A model generated the notes under the pieces. That model was not told the origin of the DNA. It saw only the letters and a program-made list of their open reading frames with translations, and did no database searches. Shown in pieces: positions 8,920 to 18,011 of a stretch of DNA of 46,623 nt. The stretch spans positions 1 to 46,623 of the IMG/VR virus record IMGVR_UViG_3300037743_000186, one strand, 5' to 3'. Positions within the stretch are counted from its first letter, which is position 1. The number at the start of each line of letters is the position of its first letter. The position numbers were made by a program, and so were the translations under genes. The DNA comes from a virus (taxonomy: Duplodnaviria > Caudoviricetes).

Positions 8920-9588
8920 CTAGAAGGGCGGCTCCGATGTGAACCCGGCGGCGGTGGTGGCCATGGCGGCGAGGATCGCCTGCCGCTGCTGGTCGGGCAG
9001 CCCGGCCCAGATCGCCGGGTCGACACCCGGTGGCGGCCCGGCCTGGGCGGCCGGTGCCGTCGTGGAGGTGGTGAGCATGCCGGTTGACGGCGGGGCAACC
9101 GTAATCGGCGGGGCAGCCGCCGCTGGTGTGGTTGGTGCCGGCTGGGTGCCGTTGCCGAGCAGGCTGCCCGGGTCGACCGCCGGCGGGGCGTACTCGGCGG
9201 CGTACACCTTCGGGTTGCCTTCACCCTTCCCGGTGCCGGAGACCCACCGCACGGCGATCCGGCCGCCGATGGCCAGCCCCTTCGCGCCGGCGGCCTGGAT
9301 GGCCTCCCGCACAGAGGTCATCATCCGGGGTGGGATGAACAGCAGCCGCCGCCCGTCGTCGGCCGGGTTGCCCGGGTCACGGACCGCGGTCGCGATGGTG
9401 ACGATGATCTGCATCTTCGGGTCCCCGGAGGGCCAGAAGTCGAGTTCGTCGGTCTGGTACTTCTTCATCTGGGCGACCTTCGGCTGGTCGGTGATGGTAC
9501 CCAGCGCCGTGTCGCCGAGGGTTTCGAACTTGACGGCCTTGACACCGCCGGACATCAGCAGCTCGTTGGCGTCTGTGGGATGGCTCAT
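8920..9588 (-). CDS. Actinophage-type single-stranded DNA-binding protein
   Basis: KF..GD..GTI..FWPSGDPKMQ core, Pro/Ala linker, C-terminal EPPF; follows the exonuclease. Confidence 0.75.
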   Translation of the reverse strand: MSHPTDANELLMSGGVKAVKFETLGDTALGTITDQPKVAQMKKYQTDELDFWPSGDPKMQIIVTIATAVRDPGNPADDGRRLLFIPPRMMTSVREAIQAAGAKGLAIGGRIAVRWVSGTGKGEGNPKVYAAEYAPPAVDPGSLLGNGTQPAPTTPAAAAPPITVAPPSTGMLTTSTTAPAAQAGPPPGVDPAIWAGLPDQQRQAILAAMATTAAGFTSEPPF

Positions 9589-9608
9589 GTGGCTTTCCTT
9601 TCTTGGTT

Positions 9609-10499
9609 TCAGGCGATGATGCCCGTGGTCTGTCTGTCGATCCTGTCGTTGCTGTTGCCCGGGCAGCCCGAATCGTCGGCGGGGCCGCCGCGGCGGCGGA
9701 ACGGGCACCAGTTGCAGGTGTCCTCGGACACCACCGCCGGCACTACCGGCCACAGGGAAGGGCTGTTGCGTAGGTTGAGTGTGCGGATCAGGTCCTGGGT
9801 GGCGTAGTACCGGTCGACGGCCCAGATGGCGACCTCCGGCCGGTACGCCTCAGTCCACTCCGCACTGTCGTCGTAGTCGTGGGAGCGGGCCAGCAGCACG
9901 AGCCGCACCCAACGCACGTCACGGCCGGCACGCTGGTGGCCGTAGCCGTACAGATGGGCCTGAACCCGGTAGTCAGAGGAGACCAGCAGGTGGTTGGCCA
10001 CCGTGGACCGTTTCACCTTGCGCAAAGTGGTCACGCCGACGTACTTCCAGTCGACCACCATGTGGTGGTCGGTGTCGTAGGCGTCGCCGGCGCCGGCGAT
10101 CTCGGCATCGACCTGTACCTGCTGTTCGATGATCCACCGCTGCCGGCCCAGCTGCTGGTTGTGGTATTCGAGGGCCTGGGCCATGTGTGCGTGTATGGCG
10201 GTGCCCTGAATCGGCGCCCACGGTGGCCGCTTGTCGGGCAACTGCCGGGGCAGCCCGGCCAGTTTCATCGCCAACTGACGCTGGCAGCCGGTGCCCAGCT
10301 CCGACGGACCCGGCGCGGTCTGCCGGCTGCGGGGTCGGGACGCGTCCAGGTCGCTGAGCACGTCCCGCATCTCGATAACGGTGGACGGTGGCAGTTCCAC
10401 TACTGCCGGATCGCAGGCGGGATGGGTCGACCGGTCCACGTGAACCGGGTCGATCGGCTGGTTGCAGACGGTGCACGCCAGGCCGAGCATGGTGGTCAT
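9609..10499 (-). CDS. Cas4-family / PD-(D/E)xK exonuclease
   Basis: GPSELGTGCQRQL, GTAIH, GAGD..VDWK, QAHLY, CNWCPF..GC (four Fe-S-type Cys). Confidence 0.88.
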   Translation of the reverse strand: MTTMLGLACTVCNQPIDPVHVDRSTHPACDPAVVELPPSTVIEMRDVLSDLDASRPRSRQTAPGPSELGTGCQRQLAMKLAGLPRQLPDKRPPWAPIQGTAIHAHMAQALEYHNQQLGRQRWIIEQQVQVDAEIAGAGDAYDTDHHMVVDWKYVGVTTLRKVKRSTVANHLLVSSDYRVQAHLYGYGHQRAGRDVRWVRLVLLARSHDYDDSAEWTEAYRPEVAIWAVDRYYATQDLIRTLNLRNSPSLWPVVPAVVSEDTCNWCPFRRRGGPADDSGCPGNSNDRIDRQTTGIIA

Positions 10500-11815
10500 C
10501 GCAGTAGTCCCTTGATCTGTGGGGCGATGACCACCTGATCGGATGCCCGGGTGATCGCGGTGTACAGCCAACGCTGCCCGGCCAGGTGCCCGGCGGCCGC
10601 CACCTCGCCCCGGTCGGGTAGCCCGGCCGCGACCCGGGTGCGGGCCTTGTCCCGCTGGGCCATGCCGGCGAACACGCCGGCCTCGTCGATCACCAGCACC
10701 CGCGGCCACTGGCTGCCCTGCGCCTTGTGTGTGGTGATCGCCTGCCCGAAGGTGGCGGCCACCACCGTCCCGCGGCCGTCCCGCTTGGCCGCCTTCTCCC
10801 CCTCGATCCCGGTGAACCCGCACCGCCAGGCGGTCAGATCCCTGGCGGCACCCTCATCGTCGGTGACCGCAAGGTTCAGCTGGTCGTCCCGGCGGGTGGA
10901 GACCGCGCAGTTCTGGACGTGGAACTGCTGCCCGTTGAACACCTCGGCGTTGCCCGAGTTGGCCAGGATGATGATCCGGTCACCCGGTACCGGTATGTCG
11001 CTGACCTGGCCACGCAACGCCCGGAGCAGGTGGATCGCCTGCCAGCGGGTGGCGTTGCGACCCACCAGCAACTGGTCGAAGTCGAGCAGCTCCGCGATGG
11101 TGATCCGGTCGGTGCGGCCGGAGTCGCCGTCCATGCCCGCCACCCCGCACATGCGGTCCCCGCCGCCGGCGGTCCGGACGGCGGTGGCCAGCCGGGTCAC
11201 CGGCGAGTCCAGCGCCGACCGGTGGATCTCGGTCAGCAGATGGTCCGGGGTGGCGTTGATGAAGTACCCGCCGCCCTCGATCGGTGGCAGCTGCGCCGGG
11301 TCGCCCAGCACCAGCACCTTGCAGCCGAACGACAGCAGGTCACCGGCCATACCGGTGTTCACCATCGACACCTCGTCGACCACCAGCAACCCGGCGGTGG
11401 ACAACTCCGTCTCGTCCGGTGCCCGTAGAATCCACTCCGGCGTTTCGAGTCGGGCCTGCTCGACCCGGACCGCCTTGTCCAGCACCTGCCGCTGGTCCGG
11501 GTCGGTCTCCTCATCCCGCTGCTGCAGCAGGTCCCGCAGCTTGGCCCGGGCCTTTTCCTGCGGCAGGTACAGCAGGCTGTGCAGCGTGGCCGCACCCACG
11601 CAACCCTTGCTGCGGAGCACGAACGCGGCCTTGCCGGTGAACGCCCCGTACAGCACGTTGCGGATGCCGAGCTCATCCACGATGTGCTGGGCCAGTGAGG
11701 TTTTGCCGGTGCCGGCGTAGCCGAACAGGCGGAACACCTGACGTGACGGGTCGGTGAACCAGTCGCCGATCCTGTCGATCGCCTGCTGCTGCTGCCCGGT
11801 GGGTTGGATGCTCAC
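10496..11815 (-). CDS. RecD/Dda-like SF1B helicase
   Basis: GYAGTGKTS, AFTGKAA, VDEVSMV, GDPAQLPP, LTEIHR, AITTHKAQGSQW, LYTAITRA. Confidence 0.93.
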   Translation of the reverse strand: MSIQPTGQQQQAIDRIGDWFTDPSRQVFRLFGYAGTGKTSLAQHIVDELGIRNVLYGAFTGKAAFVLRSKGCVGAATLHSLLYLPQEKARAKLRDLLQQRDEETDPDQRQVLDKAVRVEQARLETPEWILRAPDETELSTAGLLVVDEVSMVNTGMAGDLLSFGCKVLVLGDPAQLPPIEGGGYFINATPDHLLTEIHRSALDSPVTRLATAVRTAGGGDRMCGVAGMDGDSGRTDRITIAELLDFDQLLVGRNATRWQAIHLLRALRGQVSDIPVPGDRIIILANSGNAEVFNGQQFHVQNCAVSTRRDDQLNLAVTDDEGAARDLTAWRCGFTGIEGEKAAKRDGRGTVVAATFGQAITTHKAQGSQWPRVLVIDEAGVFAGMAQRDKARTRVAAGLPDRGEVAAAGHLAGQRWLYTAITRASDQVVIAPQIKGLLR

Positions 11816-12120
11816 GTCGCCACCCTGACCCGACGTAGCTGGTTCAGTTCGGTGTTGATCCGCCCCGAGTGCCAGTCGGCCGGCCGCCACACACCGGCGT
11901 CGGCGCCGGCCTCGACCAGCGCGTCCAGCCACAGCCGCTGTTCCGGCTTCAGGCCGGTGCCGTCCCGTTTCAGCTCGCGGAACAGCAGACCCCCGGCGCC
12001 AACCACAACCACGTCGGGGAAGCCACTGTAGGAGCGTCGCGAGTCGTGGGTGTGGTAGAGCCGCAACCCCAGCATCCGGGCCAGCGTCCGGACCGACTCG
12101 TACAACTGCACTTCGGTCAT
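11812..12120 (-). CDS. VRR-NUC domain nuclease
   Basis: YHTHDSRRS.SGFPD...FRELK...EQRLWL...VWRPADW. Confidence 0.9.
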   Translation of the reverse strand: MTEVQLYESVRTLARMLGLRLYHTHDSRRSYSGFPDVVVVGAGGLLFRELKRDGTGLKPEQRLWLDALVEAGADAGVWRPADWHSGRINTELNQLRRVRVAT

Positions 12121-12458
12121 TTCCACGCGGCATCATCCCAACGGCTCGCTACCTGGGTATAGCGTGCTACCGCCTCCTCTTCCTGTCGCCATTCCTCTGG
12201 CGTCAGCCGGCTGTAGTACGCCAGCTGGTCCTTACAGTCGCACTCTGGCTCGTGGCACAGATTGCACGGCCACACCGCCAGGATGTGCGTGCCGTTGCCG
12301 GCGGCGTGCCGGCCGGTATGGCCTTCCGGGCGGGTGCACCAGTACCCGACGGGGTGTCGTCCAGGGCAAACAACACTGTTGATCAGCGTCAGGTCCGGCG
12401 GCAGATTCTCCCGCTGGACTCCTGAGTCGTGGACTGTCCACGTGTAGCCGGCGCGCAT
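12117..12458 (-). CDS. Cys/His-rich hypothetical protein
   Basis: CTRPEGHTGRH and CNLC..CDC; coupled in operon. Confidence 0.6.
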   Translation of the reverse strand: MRAGYTWTVHDSGVQRENLPPDLTLINSVVCPGRHPVGYWCTRPEGHTGRHAAGNGTHILAVWPCNLCHEPECDCKDQLAYYSRLTPEEWRQEEEAVARYTQVASRWDDAAWK

Positions 12459-12733
12459 CACGCTGGCTGCCCGTACAGGTCGAGACACTGCTGGCAGCCG
12501 CAAGTCATCACGCCGGGGAATCCGATCCCCGGCTGGTGCACTTTGGGCTGGATCTTGCCGTCGGCGCCGTAGGTGGGTATGAGGTGGGAGTCGCTCCAGT
12601 CGCAGTCTTCACCGCGGTGGCAGCCCTGCCCGCAGCGCCGGTTGGGCCAGGAGCCTTCGTTGAGAGCTTCCTGTTCGGTGTTGCCCCAGTAGTCGGGGTG
12701 GTCGCAGGTTCGGCACTTGTGGACGATCATCAT
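12458..12733 (-). CDS. Cys-rich hypothetical protein
   Basis: CRTCDHP..CGQGC..CGCQQC; GGAGG RBS. Confidence 0.65.
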   Translation of the reverse strand: MMIVHKCRTCDHPDYWGNTEQEALNEGSWPNRRCGQGCHRGEDCDWSDSHLIPTYGADGKIQPKVHQPGIGFPGVMTCGCQQCLDLYGQPA

Positions 12734-13179
12734 TACGCCAGTACCTCCATGGTGGGTGTGCGGTCGGTGCCGGCCAGCCAGCCCAGCCGCCGCCGGACGG
12801 CCACCGGCAGCGGCTCCTGACCCCAGCTGCCGGCGATCCACCGGGCCACGGCCACACTCAGCTCATGCCGCCCGAGCGCCACCGTGCGCCAGTAGGCGGT
12901 CCGCTGGGTGAGCCCGTCGGCCAGGCAGTTGCCGCCCTCCAGGCCGGTGCGGCAGCGGGTGATGCCGCAGTGTGGGCAGCTCCACCCGGCCGGCCGGGCG
13001 GGCGCGGTGCGCCATAGCGGGCCAGCGGGGGTCAGCTCGCCGGCGGCTGGTAGCTGCTCGGCGCGGGCGAGCAGCGCCCGGTCCTCGGCGTCGAGCCGTC
13101 GCCGGCCGATGACGCCGGACCACCACCACAGGCCGGCGATGGCGCCGGCGATGAGCAGCAAGAGCACGATACGGATCAT
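12733..13179 (-). CDS. Membrane-anchored hypothetical protein
   Basis: N-terminal TM helix, CPHC..C..C; AAAGGA RBS. Confidence 0.65.
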   Translation of the reverse strand: MIRIVLLLLIAGAIAGLWWWSGVIGRRRLDAEDRALLARAEQLPAAGELTPAGPLWRTAPARPAGWSCPHCGITRCRTGLEGGNCLADGLTQRTAYWRTVALGRHELSVAVARWIAGSWGQEPLPVAVRRRLGWLAGTDRTPTMEVLA

Positions 13180-13667
13180 GAGCGTGTCCTTTCTGGTTGG
13201 CTGGCGGTGAGCGTCTCTGCGAGCCGGCACAGCGGGTCGACCGGCTCGCCCCGCAGCCGGTGCCTGCGCGCCCCGCCCGGGGCGCCGCACGCCGGTGGCC
13301 GGTCGAGCAGCGACGCGCGCTGGCACGCCCGGCCGCAGTACCGCTGGCTGGGGCGGTGGGGCACGAACAGCACCCCGCACTGCTGGCAGGTGGCCAGGGC
13401 GCGGCCGGTCCGTTCGGATGGGGTGCGGCCGCCCCACACGCCCGAACGTTCGCCGGTGTCGACCGCCCACCGCAGGCAGGCGCCGGTGACGGGGCAGCGG
13501 CGGCAGATGGCCACGGCGGGCCGCACGTCGGGGTGGCGGCTGGAGGCGCCCCGTTCGGCCGCGATCGGGAAGAAGATCTCCGGGTCGGCGTCCCGGCAGG
13601 CGGCAAATGTGCGCCAGTCCGGGTCGCGGAGGGTGTGGGTGGTGTTCAGCTCAGGCAGACGCATCAC
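13176..13667 (-). CDS. whiB: WhiB-family transcription factor with C-terminal Zn-finger extensions
   Basis: W...AAC...DPEIFFP...AICRRCPV..CL..A..GVWGG.TPSER. Confidence 0.93.
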   Translation of the reverse strand: MMRLPELNTTHTLRDPDWRTFAACRDADPEIFFPIAAERGASSRHPDVRPAVAICRRCPVTGACLRWAVDTGERSGVWGGRTPSERTGRALATCQQCGVLFVPHRPSQRYCGRACQRASLLDRPPACGAPGGARRHRLRGEPVDPLCRLAETLTASQPERTRS

Positions 13668-13830
13668 GGCCCCCGATCTCGCGGGCGTGGGTGCGGACGA
13701 TGGCCGCTACCATCTGGTGGAGGCACGGCGGGTCGGGCGTGGGGCACTGGCACTGGCCCTCGAAATCGCGGGCGATCTCCTCAACCACCGCGGCGCGGGT
13801 GGCGTCGGTGTGCAGCGGCTCAGCCATCAC
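13651..13830 (-). CDS. Small hypothetical protein
   Basis: GTGA-coupled; CQC..PCLH. Confidence 0.55.
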   Translation of the reverse strand: MMAEPLHTDATRAAVVEEIARDFEGQCQCPTPDPPCLHQMVAAIVRTHAREIGGRDASA

Positions 13831-14060
13831 CGCCACCCTTCGAGATCGTCCTGGGGATAGCGGGTGGCGACCGGGCTGAGGGCGGCCAGCATCAGCGTCC
13901 GGCAGATCCGGCCGTGGAGGATGGCGCCGCGGCGGGTCCAAGCCCGGCCTTCGATCTCCCGGCCGCCGTGGCGCCGGACGATCCACAGCCACCGGCGCCA
14001 GTACCAACCGGGACGCCGGACGACCTGGAGCGTGAGTCCCTGCCGGGTGTCGACGATCAC
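13827..14060 (-). CDS. Trp/Arg-rich small protein (AWTRRGA family)
   Basis: GTGA-coupled, GGAGG RBS; motif shared with 3707..3907. Confidence 0.6.
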   Translation of the reverse strand: MIVDTRQGLTLQVVRRPGWYWRRWLWIVRRHGGREIEGRAWTRRGAILHGRICRTLMLAALSPVATRYPQDDLEGWR

Positions 14061-14251
14061 GACCCGGCCTCCAGCTCCGAGCACTTCGGGCAGTGGAACC
14101 GGTCGCCGCCGTCGGCGGTCCAGTCGTATACATCGACAGCCTCGTCCACCGCGATCGACCGCTCGCCGTACGCGGCGAACTCGCCATACTCGCACCGGAT
14201 ACCGCAGTTGTCGCACTCCACCCAGTAGTAGGGCGCACTCTTAACCGGCAT
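14057..14251 (-). CDS. Small Zn-finger protein
   Basis: ECDNCG ... W...HCPKC; GGAGG RBS. Confidence 0.7.
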   Translation of the reverse strand: MPVKSAPYYWVECDNCGIRCEYGEFAAYGERSIAVDEAVDVYDWTADGGDRFHCPKCSELEAGS

Positions 14252-14585
14252 CGTCGGTCCTCCCGTTGGCTGCGATCTCCCGGTCCAGCAGCTCCAGCTC
14301 GGCCGCGGTACGCGCCCGCCGCTGGCCGAGCGTCTCGGCGGGCATGCCGCACATCAGGTTGAGGGTGACGGCCCCGCCGGCGAGGGTGCCGGTGGCGACG
14401 TGGATGTCCACCCCGTGGCCGTGTGACCGGATGCCGGCGGGGATGCCGGCGGCGCGGGCCGCCGCGTCCACGAGCTCGGGGTGGCCGGCCAGGTAGTGGA
14501 GGGTGATGCTGGCCGCGTCCGGCCGGCACTCGTCCAGCAGCCGGCCGAGGATGAGCCCGGCGGTGGCGATCAGCTGGCCGCTCAT
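14241..14585 (-). CDS. Hypothetical protein
   Basis: ATGA-coupled, GC3-rich codons. Confidence 0.6.
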   Translation of the reverse strand: MSGQLIATAGLILGRLLDECRPDAASITLHYLAGHPELVDAAARAAGIPAGIRSHGHGVDIHVATGTLAGGAVTLNLMCGMPAETLGQRRARTAAELELLDREIAANGRTDDAG

Positions 14586-14812
14586 CGGATGGTCCGGTTC
14601 AGCCGGGCGTGGGCGGTGGTGATGCGCACCAGCCGCATCAGGTCGCTCAGGTCGGGCACTGCGAGCGCGGCCGTGACGGCGGCGGCGAACGCCTGGTAGT
14701 GGCCGAGCAGGTCGGCCGGGGTCCACTGGCCGGCCTGGGACCGGGGGTCGCCGGCGCGGCTGCCCAGCGGCCCCGACTGCGGGTCGGTGCTAGGCTCGGT
14801 CTGGCTGTTCAT
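14582..14812 (-). CDS. Hypothetical protein
   Basis: AAAGGAG RBS, coupled downstream. Confidence 0.6.
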   Translation of the reverse strand: MNSQTEPSTDPQSGPLGSRAGDPRSQAGQWTPADLLGHYQAFAAAVTAALAVPDLSDLMRLVRITTAHARLNRTIR

Positions 14813-15584
14813 GGCAGCTCCTTTCGGTGATGTGCTGGCCCCGCCCTCGGGCGGGGCTGGTGTGTGTCTGGTGGCGGCCGTCAGCGGCTGCGGCAGCGGC
14901 CGCCACCAGAGAGCCGACCCGCCCGGGCTGGGCTGTGACCCGGGCGGGAGTCAGGTTGGCGAGCAGCCGCTCACCCAGCCAGCGCGTGTACACGGGTGGG
15001 ATGGCCTGGGCCAGTTCGGCGCCGGTCATCCAGTCGATGCCCATGGCCTCCCGACCGAGATAGGTGCTCACGTCGCCGGTGACGCTCACGTGCATGCCGG
15101 CCAGCCAGTCCCGCATCCGCTTCCGGGTCGACGTTCTGGCGGTGTGAGGCGGATGCATCGGGCACAGCACCCACCAGCCGCCGAGCTCGAACCAGCGGTG
15201 CCGGATGGTGCGCAGCCCGAACAGCTCGCCGCAGAGGATGACGTCGGGGCGCATCGGCGCCCCCACCACGTTCTCGATCACCCACGGCCGGCCGGTGGTG
15301 TCGAGCGCTTTACGGGTGGCGCGTAGCAGCCAGCCCGATCCGTCGGTACCGGCGCGGGATGAGAGCGTGGTGTGGTCGTGGCAGGGCGGCGAAGCGTGGA
15401 TGGCGTCGTACTCCCGGCCGTGTACGGCCAGGTACTCCAGCGCGTCCCCGAGCACGAACTCGTCCCCGGCGAACCGTGGCTGGGGCCGGTTGTCGACGCC
15501 GGTGACGTGGAACCCGGCGGCCTGATAGCCGCGCGCGGCCCCGCCGGCGCCGCTGAACAGGTCCAAGATCCTCGGTCGGCTCAT
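14790..15584 (-). CDS. DNA cytosine-C5 methyltransferase (short phage type)
   Basis: Motif I LDLFSGAGG, IV ASPPC, VI IENV, VIII RHRWF, X-like AQAIPP. Confidence 0.9.
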   Translation of the reverse strand: MSRPRILDLFSGAGGAARGYQAAGFHVTGVDNRPQPRFAGDEFVLGDALEYLAVHGREYDAIHASPPCHDHTTLSSRAGTDGSGWLLRATRKALDTTGRPWVIENVVGAPMRPDVILCGELFGLRTIRHRWFELGGWWVLCPMHPPHTARTSTRKRMRDWLAGMHVSVTGDVSTYLGREAMGIDWMTGAELAQAIPPVYTRWLGERLLANLTPARVTAQPGRVGSLVAAAAAAADGRHQTHTSPARGRGQHITERSCHEQPDRA

Positions 15585-16276
15585 GCCGCACCTCGCACGG
15601 CCGCCCGGCCGACCGTGTAGACCACGCGGCCGCGGCGGGCGGGCAACTGGGTGCCGCCGCTGCGGTGCCGGCCGGCGGCGGGTGTCCGGGGGAAGGGGGA
15701 GCCCACCACCGGCCGGCCGTCCCGCCCCGGGCTCGGTGCCCGGTCACTGTGGTGCGCCGGCGTGACCCCAGCCCCGTCCGGCCGGTGGCCTACGGAAGCG
15801 GTGGTCACGACGTGACGCGGGACTGTGCGCGCGGCACGGCCCGAGGCGGGAGCGTTGGGCCTCGCCGCGGCTGCCGGTGCCACGGCGAGGATGGTGCATT
15901 CTGTGGACGGGCCGCCCTCACCCGCACTCGCGGGGCGAACCCCGGCCGGCAGTGCATACCCGGACCCCGCAGCTACGCCACGGGGTAGCGGCCCTAATGG
16001 GAGTCTGGCGGCGCCCGCCCCCGCACCCCAACCGGGGGCGGGCGCCGCAACCCCGGCTGCTACCGCGTATCCGCTCGCGGGAGCCTGGGGGGCCACCCGG
16101 CGGACGTGAGCCGGGTGGGGTATCAGTAGCTGGGTGGCGATGAAGGCGGCGCCGAGTAGCGGGATGGGTCCGGCGACCAGCAGCAGCCACAGCCCGACGG
16201 TGGTGCCGGCGACGGCGCCGCCGATGGCCAGCGCGGTGGGGTGGGTGGCCCACACAGCAAGGTGACGGCGGATCAC
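15581..16276 (-). CDS. Membrane protein with low-complexity tail
   Basis: Two hydrophobic segments then Ala/Pro/Gly-rich region; GTGA-coupled. Confidence 0.55.
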   Translation of the reverse strand: MIRRHLAVWATHPTALAIGGAVAGTTVGLWLLLVAGPIPLLGAAFIATQLLIPHPAHVRRVAPQAPASGYAVAAGVAAPAPGWGAGAGAARLPLGPLPRGVAAGSGYALPAGVRPASAGEGGPSTECTILAVAPAAAARPNAPASGRAARTVPRHVVTTASVGHRPDGAGVTPAHHSDRAPSPGRDGRPVVGSPFPRTPAAGRHRSGGTQLPARRGRVVYTVGRAAVRGAA

Positions 16277-16551
16277 GACGGGGCCACCTCTCCCGCGCGG
16301 CCCGCGCAGACGTACCGACCGTCCGAGTAGGAGTCGGTCAGGTGCTCGATCACGGCCCGGTCGAAGTCTGAGGCACGTGGCTTCTTCCACGTCGCGGAGA
16401 CCTCCACATAGATCCGCTCGGGCGCGGCGCCGGCTCGGGATGCCAATGGACAGAACACAGCCACCCTCCCCGGGCCGACGTAGTGCCTCCCGTACTGGCG
16501 CGCACTGCGTGCGAGCACGCGAAGCTGAGTCTTGGTGATGGCCACGGTCAC
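16273..16551 (-). CDS. Hypothetical protein
   Basis: GTGA overlaps both ends. Confidence 0.6.
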   Translation of the reverse strand: MTVAITKTQLRVLARSARQYGRHYVGPGRVAVFCPLASRAGAAPERIYVEVSATWKKPRASDFDRAVIEHLTDSYSDGRYVCAGRAGEVAPS

Positions 16552-16664
16552 CACCCCGCCACGTGGATGATGACCAGCGCCACCGCCACGACCGCGCCGC
16601 ACCACAGGGTCAGCACGGCCCAGCCGCGCAGGTGCCGGGCCAGCGTCGGGTCCCGGCGGATCAC
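16548..16664 (-). CDS. 38-aa single-TM microprotein
   Basis: Read manually: MIRRDPTLARHLRGWAVLTLWCGAVVAVALVIIHVAGW; GTGA overlaps both ends. Confidence 0.6.
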   Translation of the reverse strand: MIRRDPTLARHLRGWAVLTLWCGAVVAVALVIIHVAGW

Positions 16665-16981
16665 GGCGCACCGTCCGGGGTGGCGCGGCGGGTGGCGATC
16701 AGCTCCCGCCACGCGGCGGTCAGCGGCGCGAAGTCCGCACCGGAGCCCATCAGGGTGAACCCCAGTGGCTGGGCGTCCAAGGAGTCCAGGTTATGCCGCC
16801 GCAGGAAGGCCAGATATTCTCCGGCCAGCTGCCCGCCGACGCACCGGGTGCAGTCTCTGAGGTCGAGCGTGTCCAGGTCGATCCGGTCGATCCAGCCGGG
16901 TTCGCGCTCGTCCAGCCAGGCCGCACCGGCGGCGACCCGCTCGGCGATGGTGCTCATGGGGGGGGGAGTCGGAATGGTCAT
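16661..16981 (-). CDS. Conserved actinophage-type hypothetical protein
   Basis: RVAAGAAWLD..PGW..RIDLDTLDL..C..CVGGQL..LTAAW; AAGGA RBS. Confidence 0.7.
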   Translation of the reverse strand: MTIPTPPPMSTIAERVAAGAAWLDEREPGWIDRIDLDTLDLRDCTRCVGGQLAGEYLAFLRRHNLDSLDAQPLGFTLMGSGADFAPLTAAWRELIATRRATPDGAP

Positions 16982-17181
16982 CGGGTGTCCTTGGTGGTGT
17001 CGGTGGGGTGGTTGAGCCGGCGGATCAGTTCGGCCGCCGGGGTCAGGTGGTCCGAGAACCCGGTGGTCTCGTGCGCGCCCAATCGGTCGGGGCGGGGGTC
17101 GTGCCGGTCGGGCAGGTCGTGCGCGCGGTGCCGCAGCAGCAGCCACGGCAGCATCAGCAGCGCCAGCGCGCAGCCGCTCAC
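16978..17181 (-). CDS. Small membrane-anchored protein
   Basis: N-terminal hydrophobic stretch; coupled. Confidence 0.5.
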   Translation of the reverse strand: MSGCALALLMLPWLLLRHRAHDLPDRHDPRPDRLGAHETTGFSDHLTPAAELIRRLNHPTDTTKDTR

Positions 17182-17399
17182 GGCTGGTCACCCCCGAGCA
17201 CGCCGGTGCAGATGAGCACGGCCAACACCGCGGCACCCAGCAGCCAGAGCACCGCGGACACCGCCGACCGCTTGTGGACCCGGGGCCGCTCGCCGCGGGC
17301 ACGGCGGCGGACGGCGGCCTTCTGGGCGCGGGTCAGCCGGCCGGAGCGGACGTGCTCGCGGCCACCCTCGTACCCGTTGAGGTACCCGCGGCGGCTCAT
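17178..17399 (-). CDS. Basic protein with C-terminal TM helix
   Basis: ATGA-coupled; VSAVLWLLGAAVLAVLICTGVL. Confidence 0.6.
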   Translation of the reverse strand: MSRRGYLNGYEGGREHVRSGRLTRAQKAAVRRRARGERPRVHKRSAVSAVLWLLGAAVLAVLICTGVLGGDQP

Positions 17400-17602
17400 T
17401 CGGTCACCGCCGGTTTCTCCCCGCCGGGGCACCAACTGGCGCCCCGGATGGGCAGCAAGTGGGGCGGCCGCAGGGTGCCGTCGACGACCGGCCGCAGCAG
17501 CTGCTGGCATTGGGGGCAGCGGACGGTGGGGTCGCCCAGGAGCTGGGCGATCCGCGCCACCGCTGCGTCACGCACGCGCACCCCGGACCGCTGGCTGCTC
17601 AC
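17396..17602 (-). CDS. Small Zn-finger protein
   Basis: CPQC..H..CPG; GGAGG RBS. Confidence 0.6.
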   Translation of the reverse strand: MSSQRSGVRVRDAAVARIAQLLGDPTVRCPQCQQLLRPVVDGTLRPPHLLPIRGASWCPGGEKPAVTE

Positions 17603-17850
17603 TCGGTCACCTCCGTGGGCGCGCCGAGGGACTGGGCCGTCTCCCAGCCGCGCCAGGGGAAGCAGCGGCGGCACAGCTCCGCCCGGCGGGCCGCACCGGC
17701 GAGCCGCAGCGGCTCGTGCCCGGTGTCGATGCCGGTGGCTGAGCACAGGCCGCGCCAGCCGGTGAACCGGGCGCCGAACTCGTTGGTCCACCGCCGGTAC
17801 TCGACCACGGCGTGGACGGGGTAGCCGGCGACCGGCGTGGAGGCGCTCAC
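17599..17850 (-). CDS. Small Zn-binding protein
   Basis: VH..GLC..LCRRCFP. Confidence 0.6.
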   Translation of the reverse strand: MSASTPVAGYPVHAVVEYRRWTNEFGARFTGWRGLCSATGIDTGHEPLRLAGAARRAELCRRCFPWRGWETAQSLGAPTEVTE

Positions 17851-18011
17851 GACCCCACCACCCGCGCCACCACGTCCCGCAGGAACGGGTCTGTGCACCA
17901 GCACCCGCAGCCGGGCTCGCCGCATGGCTGGTGGTCGTCCAGGTCCGGCTGCTCGTGGCATTCGGGGCACGCGACGGTTTCGCCGGTGAGCGGCTGCGGG
18001 TCGCTGGTCAT
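17847..18011 (-). CDS. Small Cys-rich protein
   Basis: Read manually: MTSDPQPLTGETVACPECHE..PCGEPGCGCWC; overlaps both neighbours. Confidence 0.55.
   Translation of the reverse strand: MTSDPQPLTGETVACPECHEQPDLDDHQPCGEPGCGCWCTDPFLRDVVARVVGS

Noticed and set aside
9609-10499. Cas4-like gene as a sign of CRISPR-Cas
   Set aside because: No array or other cas genes; its helicase-nuclease-SSB context is the standard phage recombination module.
14790-15584. Methylase as part of a restriction-modification system
   Set aside because: No adjacent restriction endonuclease; orphan C5 methylases are common in actinophage early arms.
16958-16966. G9 tract as a phase-variation switch
   Set aside because: Encodes Pro-Pro-Pro just before an alternative ATG in very GC-rich DNA; no evidence of length variation.
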